In this document: positions 13,036-26,165 of the stretch, one piece after another
How the letters are laid out: each line of letters starts with the position of its first letter
Numbering within the stretch: the first letter of the stretch is position 1
Assembly: GCA_951406725.2 (NCBI GenBank)
Contig: OX597833.1
Coordinates: 68,448,001-68,512,000 of the forward strand
DNA: 64,000 nt
Source: Octopus vulgaris
Taxonomy: Eukaryota
Reading direction: 5' to 3'
Position numbers and translations under genes: made by a program
Notes under the pieces: generated by a model
The model's input: only the letters and a program-made list of their open reading frames with translations
Databases searched by the model: none
Told to the model about the DNA's origin: nothing

Positions 13036-13440
13036 CGTGGGTGTGTGGTAAGAAGCTGGCTTCCCAGCAACATGTTTCTGGGTTCAGTTCCAGCACGTGG
13101 CACCTTCGACAAGTGCCTCTTCTGCTTTAACCTCGAGCCGACCAAACCCTCGCGGATGGACTTGATAATGTAAGCTAAAAGAAACCAGTCGTACATATAT
13201 GTGTGTGTGTATGCTTGAGTCTGTGTTTGTGTTGCATGCTTGTGCGTGTGTGTGTTTGTGTTGCATGTGTGTGTTTGTGTTGCATGTGTGTGTGCATGTG
13301 TGTGTGTCTGTGTCTGTGTGTATCATTGTATCTGTGTTTGTTCCCCACAACCGCTTGACAACGTGTATTGTTCTATTTGTCTCTCCATAACCCAGCGATT
13401 CGGTAAAAGGGACCGATAGAATAAATGCCAGGCTAAAGAA
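13036..13440 (+). mobile_element. Diverged SINE family A copy
   Basis: gtgtggtaagaagc..ggttcagttcc..ggcaccttcgacaagtg..gaccgatagaataa, with an expanded internal TG tract. Confidence 0.75.
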
Positions 13441-14042
13441 AAATGTATGCAGTCACTATACTCGTGTCAGCAGGAGAATATATATTGAAGATGGATAAAG
13501 TGCCCCTTCGCTTCATTTTCTTCAAAATAATGGGGCATTGGATCCCAGACTGTCTCGTACTATGACACGATGTTCATTCTCAAATGGTGAAAGTCATCGC
13601 TCCAAAACGGTGGCTCTACTTTGTTGGCCCCTTGTGGTATATTATTGGCCCTTGTCGCCAGAATGAATTGCGAGATTGGTAAAGGCGATATTCCAAATGA
13701 GAATAGAGAGACAAAGAACGAAATAATTCTCTGCATTTCGTTGAAATATTGCACATTTGCTATATATTCAACTCGTAGATGACTACAATTAATATTTGTT
13801 ATAGATAGTCGATCATTTTCTAAACGCATTACTTTATAATTTATGTATCTCGTTTCTAGCTAACTGATTAACTGTTACAATATCCACGTGCGGTACATCA
13901 TGGACACAATGTCTGATTGTTGCTAATGATATCTCGTACGACCTCAGAAATCATAAAGGAAAGGAAGGTGTTAGTGCGTTTATATATTATCAGACTAAAG
14001 ACCTCCATGCACAATGATATATTCTGAGGCTTACTTTACAAA

Positions 14043-14045
14043 TTA

Positions 14046-14076
<31 letters not shown>

Positions 14077-14560
14077 CATTATTATTATCATCATGATTAT
14101 CATTATTATTATTATTATTATTATCATGATTATCATTATTATTATCATCATCATTATCATTATTATTATCATCATCATCATCATGATTATCATCATTATT
14201 ATTATTATTATTATCATCATGATTATAATCATCATTATTATTATTATCATCATGATTATCATCATCATTATTATAATTATCATCATCATGATTATCATCA
14301 ATATTATTATTATTATTATTATTATCATCACCATTATTATTATCATTATTATCATCATCATCACTACTATTATTATTATTATTAATATTATTATTATTAT
14401 TTTTGTCATTATTATTATTATCATCATCACTATTATTATTATTATTATTATTATTTTTACTATTATCATTATTATTATTATTATTTTTACTATTATCATT
14501 ATTATTATTATTTTTACTATTATCATTATCATTATTATTATTATTATTTTTACTATTATT

Positions 14561-14605
<45 letters not shown>
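14043..14605. repeat. Long imperfect (ATT)n/(ATC)n trinucleotide array
   Basis: Read directly. Explains the poly-I/Y/H/L ORFs. Confidence 0.97.
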
Positions 14606-14606
<1 letters not shown>

Positions 14607-15475
14607 GAACGTATATACTATTAATCCGCTTCAATTATTAATGTGTTGATCAAGTAGGCAAAATATTGTTTCAATGCCAGTGATCACCCATATCCGAGCG
14701 GACAAAGGTCACAGAGCGTGAGTTATGGCTAAAGTATATTTGAAAAGGGAATCACAAGATGCATAGCTTGATGCCTCGGTCAAATCATCCCATTTATCAT
14801 GCATAATCACAATGGACCAAACGAATATTTCTATCGTTCGACTGGTCGGCTATTCCTTGCTGATTAATATTTGAAGTTTAAATGTCCATACGGTGGCATT
14901 TAAAAGGGAAAAAGCAACGTGCTATACACAGACATATGCATACACGGAAACACGCGCACCACACAGCGTACAAATACATACGCACATTCACACACAAATC
15001 TGTGAGAATATACATATATATACATATATTCACACATATACATACATACATACATACATACACACACATACATATACATACACATACATATACATACATA
15101 TACATACATATACATACATATACATATATATATATACATACATACACATATACATATATATATATATACATACATATACATACATACATATACATATATA
15201 CATACATCCATACATATATATACATACATACATATATATACATACATACATATATATATATATATACGAGAGAGAGAGAGAAATTCAATATCACGCTTGC
15301 TCACAAAATTGTTCTTATGCAAATGGATTGCTCCGAATCGAAAATTTCTAGATAATGATTTAAAAGCAATCAATTTTCTTTCTACATTTTTCTGCAGACA
15401 ATAGATTATAATTCCTTTTTTCACGTGTTGATTTGTGTTTGTTATAGAGCCTAGCCGAAGGAATGAACCCCAGTA

Positions 15476-15765
15476 CATTTTACAAAGTCTGCTACTTGTA
15501 TTATCCGTATCTTTGGCCGAACCGCTAAGTTACGGAAACACACTAAGACCGGTTGTAAAGTGGTGCTGAAGATCAAACACGGACTCAAAACAGACACATG
15601 TATGAGTGTACGACAGCTTCTATCTGTTTCTATCTACCAAGGCCACTCACGAGGCTGTCATCACCCGGCGATTATATTCAAATACTCATGCCCGAGGTGC
15701 CATACAGTGTGGTATCATGTGTTTTGGGAAGCAAGCTTCTTACTACATAGCCAGGTCTGCACCTA
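15476..15765 (-). mobile_element. Diverged SINE family A copy
   Basis: gccgaaccgctaagttacgg..tctaccaaggccactcac..cttactacatagcc matches the reverse complement of family A. Confidence 0.65.
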
Positions 15766-15789
15766 TAAACATGTAAAGGCTTATTGCGT

Positions 15790-16100
15790 TTTTTGGTGTC
15801 ATGAACGCATCCGCTGGACGAAATGCTGAACTGCCTTCTTTAAGTTAAAACCAAACCTCAGTCGGCTCCTCCATGTAGGCAAATCTGAGAGAAGCCGCAA
15901 GTTGTATAATGTAACGAATAATGAAGGGCATTCTCCTTCGTCGAATTTTCCACCAGATTTCCAGTCAAATTCTACTTGGAGAGTAGACGGAGGTGCGAAA
16001 GTTGTTGCCCTCAATAAATTTATGGACAGTGTCTGTGGAAAGCCAGCTTGACTCGAGGAAACATCATACTAGAATCAGTTGGAAAATGTTGTATGGAAAA
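15790..16100 (-). pseudogene. Possible highly decayed Tc1/mariner transposase C-terminus
   Basis: Minus-strand frames give VYSPS..LEIWWK and TLYNLR...W...LKKAVQHFVQRMRS, loosely like the PYSPDLNP..W motif and Tc1/mariner C-terminal helices. Weak. Confidence 0.3.
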
Positions 16101-17173
16101 GAGAGTAATTACCATTATCGCTTGATTTTCTTCAGAATATTATGACATTGGGTTCCATTCTAGCTGATATATTGCAGTTCCTTGGAAACACTTCAGCAAT
16201 TGTTATTTTTTTTTTTGCCATTTCTATAGAGTATTCCTCCGGACAGTCTTAGTAATCTTGTACTACTTAGCGTTCTATATTATTCATAAATAGCAGTCTT
16301 CCTCTTGAGACATTAGCAAGTGTTGCCTACCTTTTAAATTATCACCTTTCTCACCATTCCAATATGAGTCTTCGAGTGTGATTCTTCAACGTGACACCGT
16401 AAGTGTCTGTATTCATCGCCCTTTTGGCAACAACAAATAAACTATAATTAGCAGCCTTCAGACGTGCTACAAAAGTTTATCAATTTATCTATAATAACAT
16501 TAATCTCATGTCATTTTAATGCATAATTTTGTTTCAAGTCGGTTTGAACTATCACTTTATAATGAAACTCAATTAATTCAATTGCAATAACTGGCTGTCA
16601 CTGTTTTCAATTTAGAGTATATTGCAGCATCGCGTGTTAGTCACAAAAACAAACACATGATGAACACAAACAACAGCCTGTTCATACTAGCATATTTAAA
16701 CATGATCACGTCTTCACAAATCTTCTTCTCACATTTTCATTTCTTTATCATTTGTACGTTAATAAGAATATATAAAATTCTATTAATTTCATATGTTAAA
16801 TTTTGTCAGAATAGATTTTAAAATAACGACTTGCATCTTCCCTTAGAAACATACATATTCACACAGATCATTACATACAAGCATATATAGTCATATGTAC
16901 AAATATATGTATAGTTAGAAACGTGTGTATATTTTGTATATGTGCAGAATTTGCGTGCCACAAGCACTGTATGTGTGTGACATTTGTAAGTTTCCATGAA
17001 AACACAGTGGTATATTGACATACTTGTGCACACAAGATAATATTCTACACAAATATACGTACATAAAAAGCACACATACCTATACTCACAAATTAACTGT
17101 TGAATAACATATTTTGAATACTTAACTGAGAGCAAACTGGTAATAGTTTTAGGGTAATCTCTTACATTCTACT

Positions 17174-17206
<33 letters not shown>

Positions 17207-17207
<1 letters not shown>

Positions 17208-17365
17208 GTTGAAATTTAAAGAAAAGCAAAAGACGAATTTAGGTGTATCGACAAACAACAGGTGTATTTGTTTAACGATCGGGAAGGTGAGAAAGTCTTT
17301 TACGTTTCGAGCCTACGCTCTTCAACAGAAAGGAACACTAGGAAATAGACAGAGCGAAAATAAAA
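17207..17365 (-). mobile_element. Penelope-like terminal fragment with a hammerhead-like motif
   Basis: Minus strand of 17297-17332 reads cttt-CTGTTGAA-gagc-gtag-gctc-GAAACGTA-aaag (stem I cttt/aaag, stem II gagc/gctc, palindromic ACGT stem III). Abuts (TA)n. Confidence 0.6.
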
Positions 17366-17379
17366 TATATGTATATATA

Positions 17380-17928
17380 CAGGGTTATTCAAAAAGAAAG
17401 AACGGATTTCAAACTTATTTTCAAAACCAATTGTAAGAGACACAAACAGATTCTACATATTTCTTCATAGGGGAAGTTTTAAATATTTTAGTTGAACATT
17501 TTCAATGGAACTAAGCCTTAACTAAAATAATATTTTGTGTTTCATTTTGATAATTTTATTTAAAGTTGTATAATTTTCGTATGTGTAATCCCTTAGAAAA
17601 TGGCGACGCCACAAGAAAAGCCTTTTTGTGTGCTGCAATTTGAGAAATGCTAATCGATTAAGCCAGTGCAACGTGAATTTCTCAGCAAATTACATAAAAT
17701 GCACGTCGTCACAAAGAAATTTATGAATGCCATACAAATTTCACAGCAAAATGTTGCATTTGTGAAAGAGAAAGCACCGGTGCCCATAAGGATCATATTG
17801 AATGCATAATAGCCCAGAATAAACTTTAAATCTTTCCCTATAAAGAAATATGTAGAATGTGTTTGTGTCTCTTACAGTTTGTTTTTAAAATAAATTTTAA
17901 ATCTGTTCTTTCTTTTTGAATAACCCTT
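17380..17928 (+). mobile_element. Internally deleted Tc1/mariner element with ~110-bp TIRs and TA TSD
   Basis: TIR cagggttattcaaaaagaaagaac..gtaagagacacaaac..ttctacatatttct is mirrored at ~17820-17928, with TA at both flanks. Internal remnant from ATG 17600, MATPQEKPFCVLQFEKC*SIKPVQREF, resembles the DUF4817-type HTH N-terminus of mariner-like transposases. Confidence 0.88.
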
Positions 17929-18510
17929 TATATAACCAGTATGTGTCAATTCCTCAATCGTCTGTTATTTAATCCGAAATTTCAAGTAAACCTCACGGCA
18001 TATCTTTTAAGATCATGTATTCTTAATACGTTGGTAAAATATTCCAAATTTGATAATGAATAATGTTATTAATGTATTATAATGAGTTTATTAATTATGT
18101 GCTTTTCTCTTTTACTTTCAGGTGAGTACATCCATTTTCAGGTATTTTTGTAAGTATGCGGCATTTGTTTTCTACCCTGCATCCATGTTGCAAATTCGAC
18201 AAACGTGACGTTACATATATAGTAAAATATTGAAATTCTGGGGATACTAACACTATTAGGTAGCATCTTCATCCTTAACAAATATGTTTTCATAATGTAT
18301 ATTTCAAATTCATTATTTTATTGTGAACTTCAGATTTATAAACACACATTCAGAAGGTACCCGATAAAAATGAATTCGTAATAATTCTAAGGTATTTCAT
18401 TTGAATTACCCAAAAGTCAGTGCTTTTCTTAGAGACGGTATTCTAATAACAAATTGAAGGAAAACCAAGAGGTGAATGTCAAAGCATGTAAAAGCGACGT
18501 GTGTATATAT

Positions 18511-18803
18511 ACTCTTTTACTCTTTTGCTTGTTTCAGTCATTTGACTGCGGCCATGCTGGAGCACCGTCTTTAGTCGAGCAAATCGACCCCGGCACTTAT
18601 TCTTTGTAAGCCCAGTACTTATTCTATCGGTCTCTTTTGCCGAACCGCTAAGTGACGGGGAGGTAAACACACCAGCATCGGTTGTCAAGCAATGCTAGGG
18701 GGACGAACACGGACACACACACATATACACACACATACATATATATATACATATATACTACAGGCTTCTTTCAGTTTCCGTCTACCAAATCCACTCACAA
18801 GGC
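18511..18803 (-). mobile_element. SINE family A, 5'-truncated
   Basis: Reverse complement of the family A 3' and middle portions. Confidence 0.9.
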
Positions 18804-19057
18804 ATATATATTTATATATTTATATATTTTACTATTTAAACACTAGTACATAATGGTATTTGAGGAAAATTAAGGATTTCATTTATGAAAACAATAAAAA
18901 ACACTTGGACAACAGCAAATCAGAAATACATACGTGCAATCAACGGTTTGTATGCAAGACCGATTTCTTATGAAAAGTTACCCGTTATTGAATTGACATA
19001 TTTTTCGTTACTCTCAAAAAGTGTGGAGGAAACCAAGGGCAGTCCTGAAAGAGTAGA

Positions 19058-19104
<47 letters not shown>

Positions 19105-19210
19105 TATATACATATATATTGTGCATGTGTGGTTATCAGTGGAGGAGCGCGCACTGGGATTATGAAAGATAATTTCTAAGAAATGCACGATGTATAGAAT
19201 GTATACATTG

Positions 19211-19343
19211 TTAGCGGTTCGGCAAAAGAGACCGATAGAATAAGTACTTGGCTAACAAAGTATAAGTCCTGGGTTCGACTTGCTCGACTAAAGGCGGTGT
19301 TCCAGCATGGCCGCAGTCAAATGACTGAAACAAGTAAAAGAGT
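19211..19343 (+). mobile_element. SINE family A 3' fragment
   Basis: ttagcggttcggcaaaagagaccgatagaataagtac..gactgaaacaagtaaaagag. Confidence 0.88.
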
Positions 19344-19723
19344 ATGTACGTAGTATAAATGTGGCTGAGATAAAGTTATATCTTCACTCGAGCTTCCTTT
19401 ACACACTCACACACACACACACACACATATATAGTGAGTGTGTGTGTGTATGTGATAAAGAGAGTGAGAGTGTGTGTGTGTTTTAGAAGCCGAATATAGA
19501 GTTGAATGTAAGAGTAAGCAGACAACTTGTAAATTGCAGTGTTAAATATGATTTCGAGTTTTGTGGTTTTCCAAACTAAATCCAGCAAGTGATTATATGA
19601 TACTAATGGAATTTGGTTGTTTCTTAGATATATAGATATGGTTACACCTGTATAGTAAGTTTATTTACATATACTTAACATATATATACACGTACATAGA
19701 AACACAAATTGATACACCTATGT

Positions 19724-19764
<41 letters not shown>

Positions 19765-19766
<2 letters not shown>

Positions 19767-19815
19767 ATCAAATGTAATATACTCTGTAATATATATATAT
19801 ATATAAGCATAATAT

Positions 19816-19854
<39 letters not shown>

Positions 19855-19883
19855 CAAATATAATATACTATATATATATAAGC

Positions 19884-19933
<50 letters not shown>

Positions 19934-20400
19934 TATAATTAATATATATATATAAAATATATATATATTAATCAAATATAATATACTATGTAATATATAT
20001 ATATAAGCAAATATAATATACTATGTAATATATATATATATATATATATATAATCAAATATAATATACCATGTAATATATATATATATATATATAAGCAA
20101 ATATAATATACTATGTAATATATATATATAAGCAAATATAATATACTATGTAATATATATATATATATATATATATAATCAAATATAATATACCATGTAA
20201 TATATATATATATATATATATAATCAAATATAATATACTATGTAATATATATATATAAGCAAATATAATATACTATGTAATATATATATATATATATATA
20301 TAATCAAATATAATATACTATGTAATATATATATATAAGCAAATATAATATACTATGTAATATATATATATATATATATAATCAAATATAATATACCATG

Positions 20401-20435
<35 letters not shown>

Positions 20436-20470
20436 TAATATACTATGTAATATATATATATATATATATA
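19765..20470. repeat. AT-rich minisatellite: a(tc/gc)aaatataatatac(t/c)atgtaa + variable (TA)n
   Basis: More than a dozen units visible, each ending in a TA run of variable length. Confidence 0.9.
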
Positions 20471-21245
20471 TGAACAATTGCGTGTGTATGGAAATATATT
20501 GTGTTCGACTGTGATTAGTCAAGTGGTACTAAATTTATTGAAGGCCGTCGACCAATTCGTTTCGGTCATTACCAATATCGCCGGAATTATAAAACGACGT
20601 ACGAAACGAAGGTCACAATTATATTTCAAGTTTCTTCCTCGCCAATTCTTCTTCTTCTTCTTCTTCTTCTTCTACCGCTTAGCTCAATTTGTTCAGTTTT
20701 ATGCTCCACTTGATTCTTCCCCAATTCCTTTTATGCTTCGAATATAACTTTTGTCATAGTTTAACACTTTGAAATGTATCTGATCTTTTTTTTTTTTTTT
20801 TATTTCACAATTTTCTCTCTCTTTTTCTGTGGTGTTCGTCCTTTATATCTCTTTCTGAATTTGGACATTTCTTTTCTGTAATCAGCTAATTACGTTTGGA
20901 TCAGTTTTAGCTGCCTTCCGTCACATGATGGGCAGTATGCCTTTTGGAGCAATTATTGCTGGCTCCAAAGTGTTCGACATCTTATTATCATAATTACGTT
21001 GGCGATGTTTCCTGGCAACAATTCTTTGCGTTCGGAATGCAGTGAAGAAAAGAATTTAGCTTATACATTTTAATGAAAAGATTCTACTATTATTTTCGGA
21101 GTTGGATGTAACTTTTACACAATATTCACACTTTATATATATATATAATGTATGTGTTTATACATAGGTGTGCATCTATTATATATTCATATATGTGACC
21201 GTGTTTGTGTGTGTAAATGTCTGCCGTTTTATCTATATTGTCTAT

Positions 21246-21288
<43 letters not shown>

Positions 21289-22535
21289 GAGAGAAAGAGT
21301 GAGAGAGAGAGACAAGGAGAAAAAGAGAGAGCAAATATGGTGGAGCTGTAGTTACATGGGTTTACATTTGAATTGAGGGTCTTTAATGGTGTTATTGGTT
21401 GCGAAGCAAAATTAAGCCGAAAAATTACATCAACAGCGACATTTTTTTTTATTTTGAACTGAATGACTTCTTAAATATTATACTCAACGTTGCTTTCTAC
21501 TGGCATCCAATGTATTTTACGTACCTAAAATATCGTTGAGAACGTTGGATCAATCGAAAGTTTCGATCTCTTACAAACTTTGTTCATCATATGATATGAG
21601 TTAACTTTTTAGATTCAAAGTGTCTATCTTCATCACAAAGGTGGTTTTCTTATGGTATGCACCGATCTGGCCATCTTTTAACAGCATAAATTTCGCCGTA
21701 TCATTCCAAACTTATACATCATTGTATTTATAGATTACATTAAGCTTAGGTTTAATTACGGCTCTGAAATTTAGCAGTTCAGGGACAATGAGAATAAGTA
21801 AGACGTTTAAAAAATATACTGGTATCGATCTGTTCAGTATACGCTACAAGGCTTTGCCACAGCAGGGTCGCAGTGCAAACGAGTAAAAGTGGAAACGTTG
21901 CGATACACAACAGATAGAAAACAAACAGTCTGAAAGACATGGGGACAGTTTGTAAGAAAAGGAATAGAGTGAGACGGAGAGGGAGTCGAGGAGAAACATA
22001 GTTAGGGAATAGAACGTGCTTTAATATATTTGAAAACGGCATATGATTGGAAGTAGGGTATAGTGTCATTGGATATAGCATCAGAAGCTAAATAAAAACA
22101 GAAGAAATAATATCGGCTTTTTCGGTAGATGAGCGAAGAAGTAAATAGATCAGGTTTTCTCGAGTTATATTTACTACAAACCGGCGAAAGGTGAGAGATA
22201 ATTAATGAGATCAAAGCTGAACAGCGTCTCCGTATTACAGTAGATATCGAACTGCCGGAGGCAAATGACAATCGAATGTGTTTCTCTCTACGACTTTGAA
22301 ACAGTAATTGTGCTGCATCTGGACTGAGGGAGGAAGATAACTCGAAAGACAGTAACACATATATCGAGTTATTGGTGTTAAATCGATGCCATCTAGCAAT
22401 TGAGCTGTGCGTATCATAAGCACTTTTTTTTTTCTGGAGTTTTTTTTTTTTTTGCTTGCAGAAGAGGAGACATATTTGAAAGGTTTTTTCACGCGGACTT
22501 GCAAACGGTTAGTGAAGCCTTTAATGTAACACCAA

Positions 22536-22567
<32 letters not shown>

Positions 22568-22573
22568 ACACTC

Positions 22574-22611
<38 letters not shown>

Positions 22612-23631
22612 ACACACAGAGAAAAAGAAGAAAACAAAGGCGATTGATAATATTGAAATTGATTTGAATAGACAACCAGTCAAAAACTTTGAGTATGATT
22701 TCACTGGCTGAAATCAAACAGCAACACATAAAAAGGGACCGTTACTTGAAACGGAACGAAAAAAAAAATTTAAAGAATAAACGGGTGCGATGGAGAGGGA
22801 AAAGAAAAAATCAAAATGGGTGAGAAAAATAAAACACTAAATATCTAATTTGCAATGCCATTTTCACATGCAAATAATTAGAGATGGGAACTTTTGTTTT
22901 AAAAATATTACTGGCTTGCATTTCTAACAGTTTAATGAGGTGGGTATTTTTTTTTTCCTTCATTTTAATATGAATTTATGGCATTCGATTATTGATAATA
23001 TATTGACGCTGGAAGGTGTTGGTTCTGCTCAAAGACGTCAAATTACAAACTTGATTTAACGTTCTTTGATTCAGAAGGCGAATTTCCAGGCATGTCAAAA
23101 TATGAAACGAAACATTATAACAATGTAATAATATTGTATAGTCATGCATTTCCTGTTGATTATTTCCGCTGTCTGCTGGGAACATGTGATTTACGTGCTA
23201 GGCACACACGTACACACACGCGCGCACACGCACATGCACACACATTGACACACATGTATACATGTTCAGTTGCAGTTTCTCCTATATTCTTTGGCGTATG
23301 TTGAGAACTTCTTAGCTATTCGCTCAAAAATCCAATGCATGTAAATGTATTAATTGTACGGAATCTTAGATAAATCCGTCCTCTACCATGATTTCTCACG
23401 ATAATTGCTAGGAAACCACGCGGTTTATTTGCCTCAGTCCTTCTGTTGCGCGCTTATGTTAAACACCATTTATCGTACCCCTGTTTAATAAAGCCAACTC
23501 TTAAGTGCTTCTCAGGGAGTCCACTCGGTTTCATTTTCATTATATATTTCATCCTTCTTCCGATCAGTGCAGGAGAGACCGAAGGAGGATATGGAACTTT
23601 CAGCTCCTCATCTCATTATAGAATTAATATA

Positions 23632-23752
23632 CAGGGTGTCCACAAATTCTGGGTACATGGAGATTAACACATACTTTAAGAAGTTATTGTCTTATATTTA
23701 ATTCTTTATATTATTTTATTTACTCCATGTACCCAGATTTTGTGGACACCTG
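23632..23752. mobile_element. Tc1/mariner-type MITE (121 bp)
   Basis: ~31-bp TIRs cagggtgtccacaaattctgggtacatggag / ctccatgtacccagattttgtggacacctg, TA on both sides, AT-rich core. Confidence 0.9.
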
Positions 23753-25194
23753 TATATAAACAAAGACATAGATAGAATCAGTTATACTAAAACACATCTT
23801 TACTTAACGACTCAGTTGGACTACAGATAAATGTAGTATAAATTATGCCGTTTCACGTTCCGTGGTAGGATTTTAATGTCAATTCTTAGTCTATAAGTCA
23901 TAGAATCATAGAAATGCAATGTTTTGCATAATACTGACTTTCATAGATCGCTCTCACGTTATTTAAACTGAGATAAAATATGTCGGTACAATTCATCTAT
24001 GATCCTATTCTGTCTGGGGAGAGTCATTTTCTTTTTGTGCCTTATGATGTAACACACTCACCGGTAAAATTTCCACTTGTTTCTTATTTACATTTTCCTA
24101 AACTTTCCGTCGCCTCTTGCAACCTTTCCAAAAGTCTTGACTCATCTGTGATTGATAGTTGGATATCAAGTAAAATACAAAGAGTTCAATGAAAAGTATG
24201 TCATCAGTGTCTCACAGCAAACGATCAAATTGATCTCCAAACTGCTATGATTTCGATTAAATATATAAAGCCTTTAGATCATCGTTCTCATTCTTCCTAT
24301 ATCAATGCCGTCTCTACACACATAAAATGTAAGATTGTATTGAAAATATTTGTTGAGAATGTGTGCATTTCTCTACACAGTAAGACATCGGTTGTTAGAA
24401 GAAATTGGTTTTCCATTCTCTCACATCATCAAAACCGAAAACACTTTCCGGCTATTATCATACGCAACCCTATCTTCTATTATCCTATGTTAACATATCC
24501 TCCAATATTTTAACACATGTTATACAGAGAAATCCTTACAGAATGACGTCCATGTAGCGTGAACGGAAGAAATTAAATCAGACATGATATATACTGTTTC
24601 ATAGTTCGTATTTTTTTCTCTCGAATTATGTGATGTTTTCTGAGTATTCAATTCTTCCCATCGATTCATTTCACTGTAATATCTAAAAACAAACATAAGA
24701 CTAACGGAATACGAAAACCTCGTTCCCGCTTTTGTACTTCCTTCTTCGGAAATTCTATAGCAGCATCGCCTGAAGCCTATTAAGATGCTAATTATATATT
24801 GGCTAGTTTCCTCATGCTAAACGATTCTCCATAAGGTTACTTACATTAGGGAATACGATATATCGGTATTAATATTTAATACGCCTCTTCCATAAAATGG
24901 GATTTTGAAGACATTTCATTTTATACTTTACTTTTCTTGTTGGTGGAGCGGACAGAGATGCTGGTTATCCATCTTGTGTAATTGTGTTGTGCTTATAATA
25001 GCAGAGAATACAAAAGATCAAAACTAAAGAAACTAGAAAATAAACATGCATAAAACACTCGTCTAATTCAATTAAGCTATGATCCATATACACGCATTAA
25101 GGCACTTTATCAGTAATGTACACTAATTCTCTAATGGTTAATAACTGCTAATTTATTTATTTTTAGTGGAGTTTTTTTTTTATCTATCTTCTTG

Positions 25195-25380
25195 AATTTC
25201 TTCTCCTTTTTCTTCTTCTCCTTCCTCTTCTTTTTCTTCTGCTTCTTCGTCTTCTTCTTTTGTTTCTTCTTCTTCTTTTGTTTCTTCTTCTTCTCCTTCT
25301 TTTGCTTCATCTTTTGCTTCTTTTTCTTCTCCTTCTTCTCCTCCTTCTTCTCCTTCTTCTTCTCCTTCTTCTTCTTCTTA
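25195..25380. repeat. (TTC)n-derived pyrimidine tract
   Basis: Read directly. Confidence 0.9.
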
Positions 25381-25551
25381 GCAGCTGCTATTATATTCTG
25401 GACCAGTGTTTCATTCTTCCTTTAACAAATATGCATATAAATTTCTAAAATATTTTATTGTCGAAGTGGAAAGCTAAGGGTAGTTTCAGTTACATCATCC
25501 ATTTCCGAAAGTGAAAAGCACGCACGCACACATACACAAACAAACAACATA

Positions 25552-25582
<31 letters not shown>

Positions 25583-25624
25583 AAACACACACACTCACAT
25601 ATATATGTATATCTTCATCTTCTA

Positions 25625-25800
25625 CTTACAGCATTTGCCCGGGGTGGGTTGAGGTGGCTTCATTCATCCTCAATGTTGCATCTCTCACAAACGCCGACCA
25701 GACCTGGCGATTTGAGGCTAACGACCGCGTGATCTCCAACCACTCCTTATTCCAGCGGCGAACGCCGTAGATATAGGGGCCTAGCTTGGGTTCCAGATCA
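25625..25800 (-). mobile_element. RTE-clade LINE 3' fragment
   Basis: Minus translation DLEPKLGPYIYGVRRWNKEWLEITRSLASNRQVWSAFVRDA..STHPG aligns with the RTE C-terminus at 39202-39676. Confidence 0.7.
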
Positions 25801-25910
25801 GCCTCCTTCCTTCAAATATTCCTCATGTGTATTGCACAATCAGACAGCCATATATATGTATATGGCAATGGTTGATAGGAAACTATCATAGTATACTCTA
25901 ATATATATAC

Positions 25911-26120
25911 ACTTTTACTCTTTTATTTGTTTCAGCCATTTGACTGCGGCCATGCTAGAGCACCGCCTTTAGTCGAGCAAATCGACCCAGGGACTTATTC
26001 ATCTTGTAAGCCCAGTACTTATTCTATCAGTCTCTTTTGCCGAACCGCTAAGTGACGGGGACGTAAACACACCAGCATCGGTTGTCAAGCAATGCTAGGG
26101 GGACAAACACAGACACACAA

Positions 26121-26165
<45 letters not shown>

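Noticed and set aside
20905-20972. Two adjacent short hairpins (possible pre-miRNA)
   Set aside because: The stems are short (about 8-11 bp) and imperfect, too short for a pre-miRNA and expected by chance.
22000-22400. Possible decayed CR1/L2-like LINE 3' end on the minus strand (also ~37290-37530)
   Set aside because: Only faint resemblance, too degenerate to call without a profile search.
22843-22885. Octamer ATGCAAAT overlapping TAATTA (possible enhancer)
   Set aside because: Short AT-rich motifs are frequent in this background, and I have no conservation data.
24050-24150. Another possible Penelope-like hammerhead remnant on the minus strand
   Set aside because: The core nucleotides are not recognisable in this copy.
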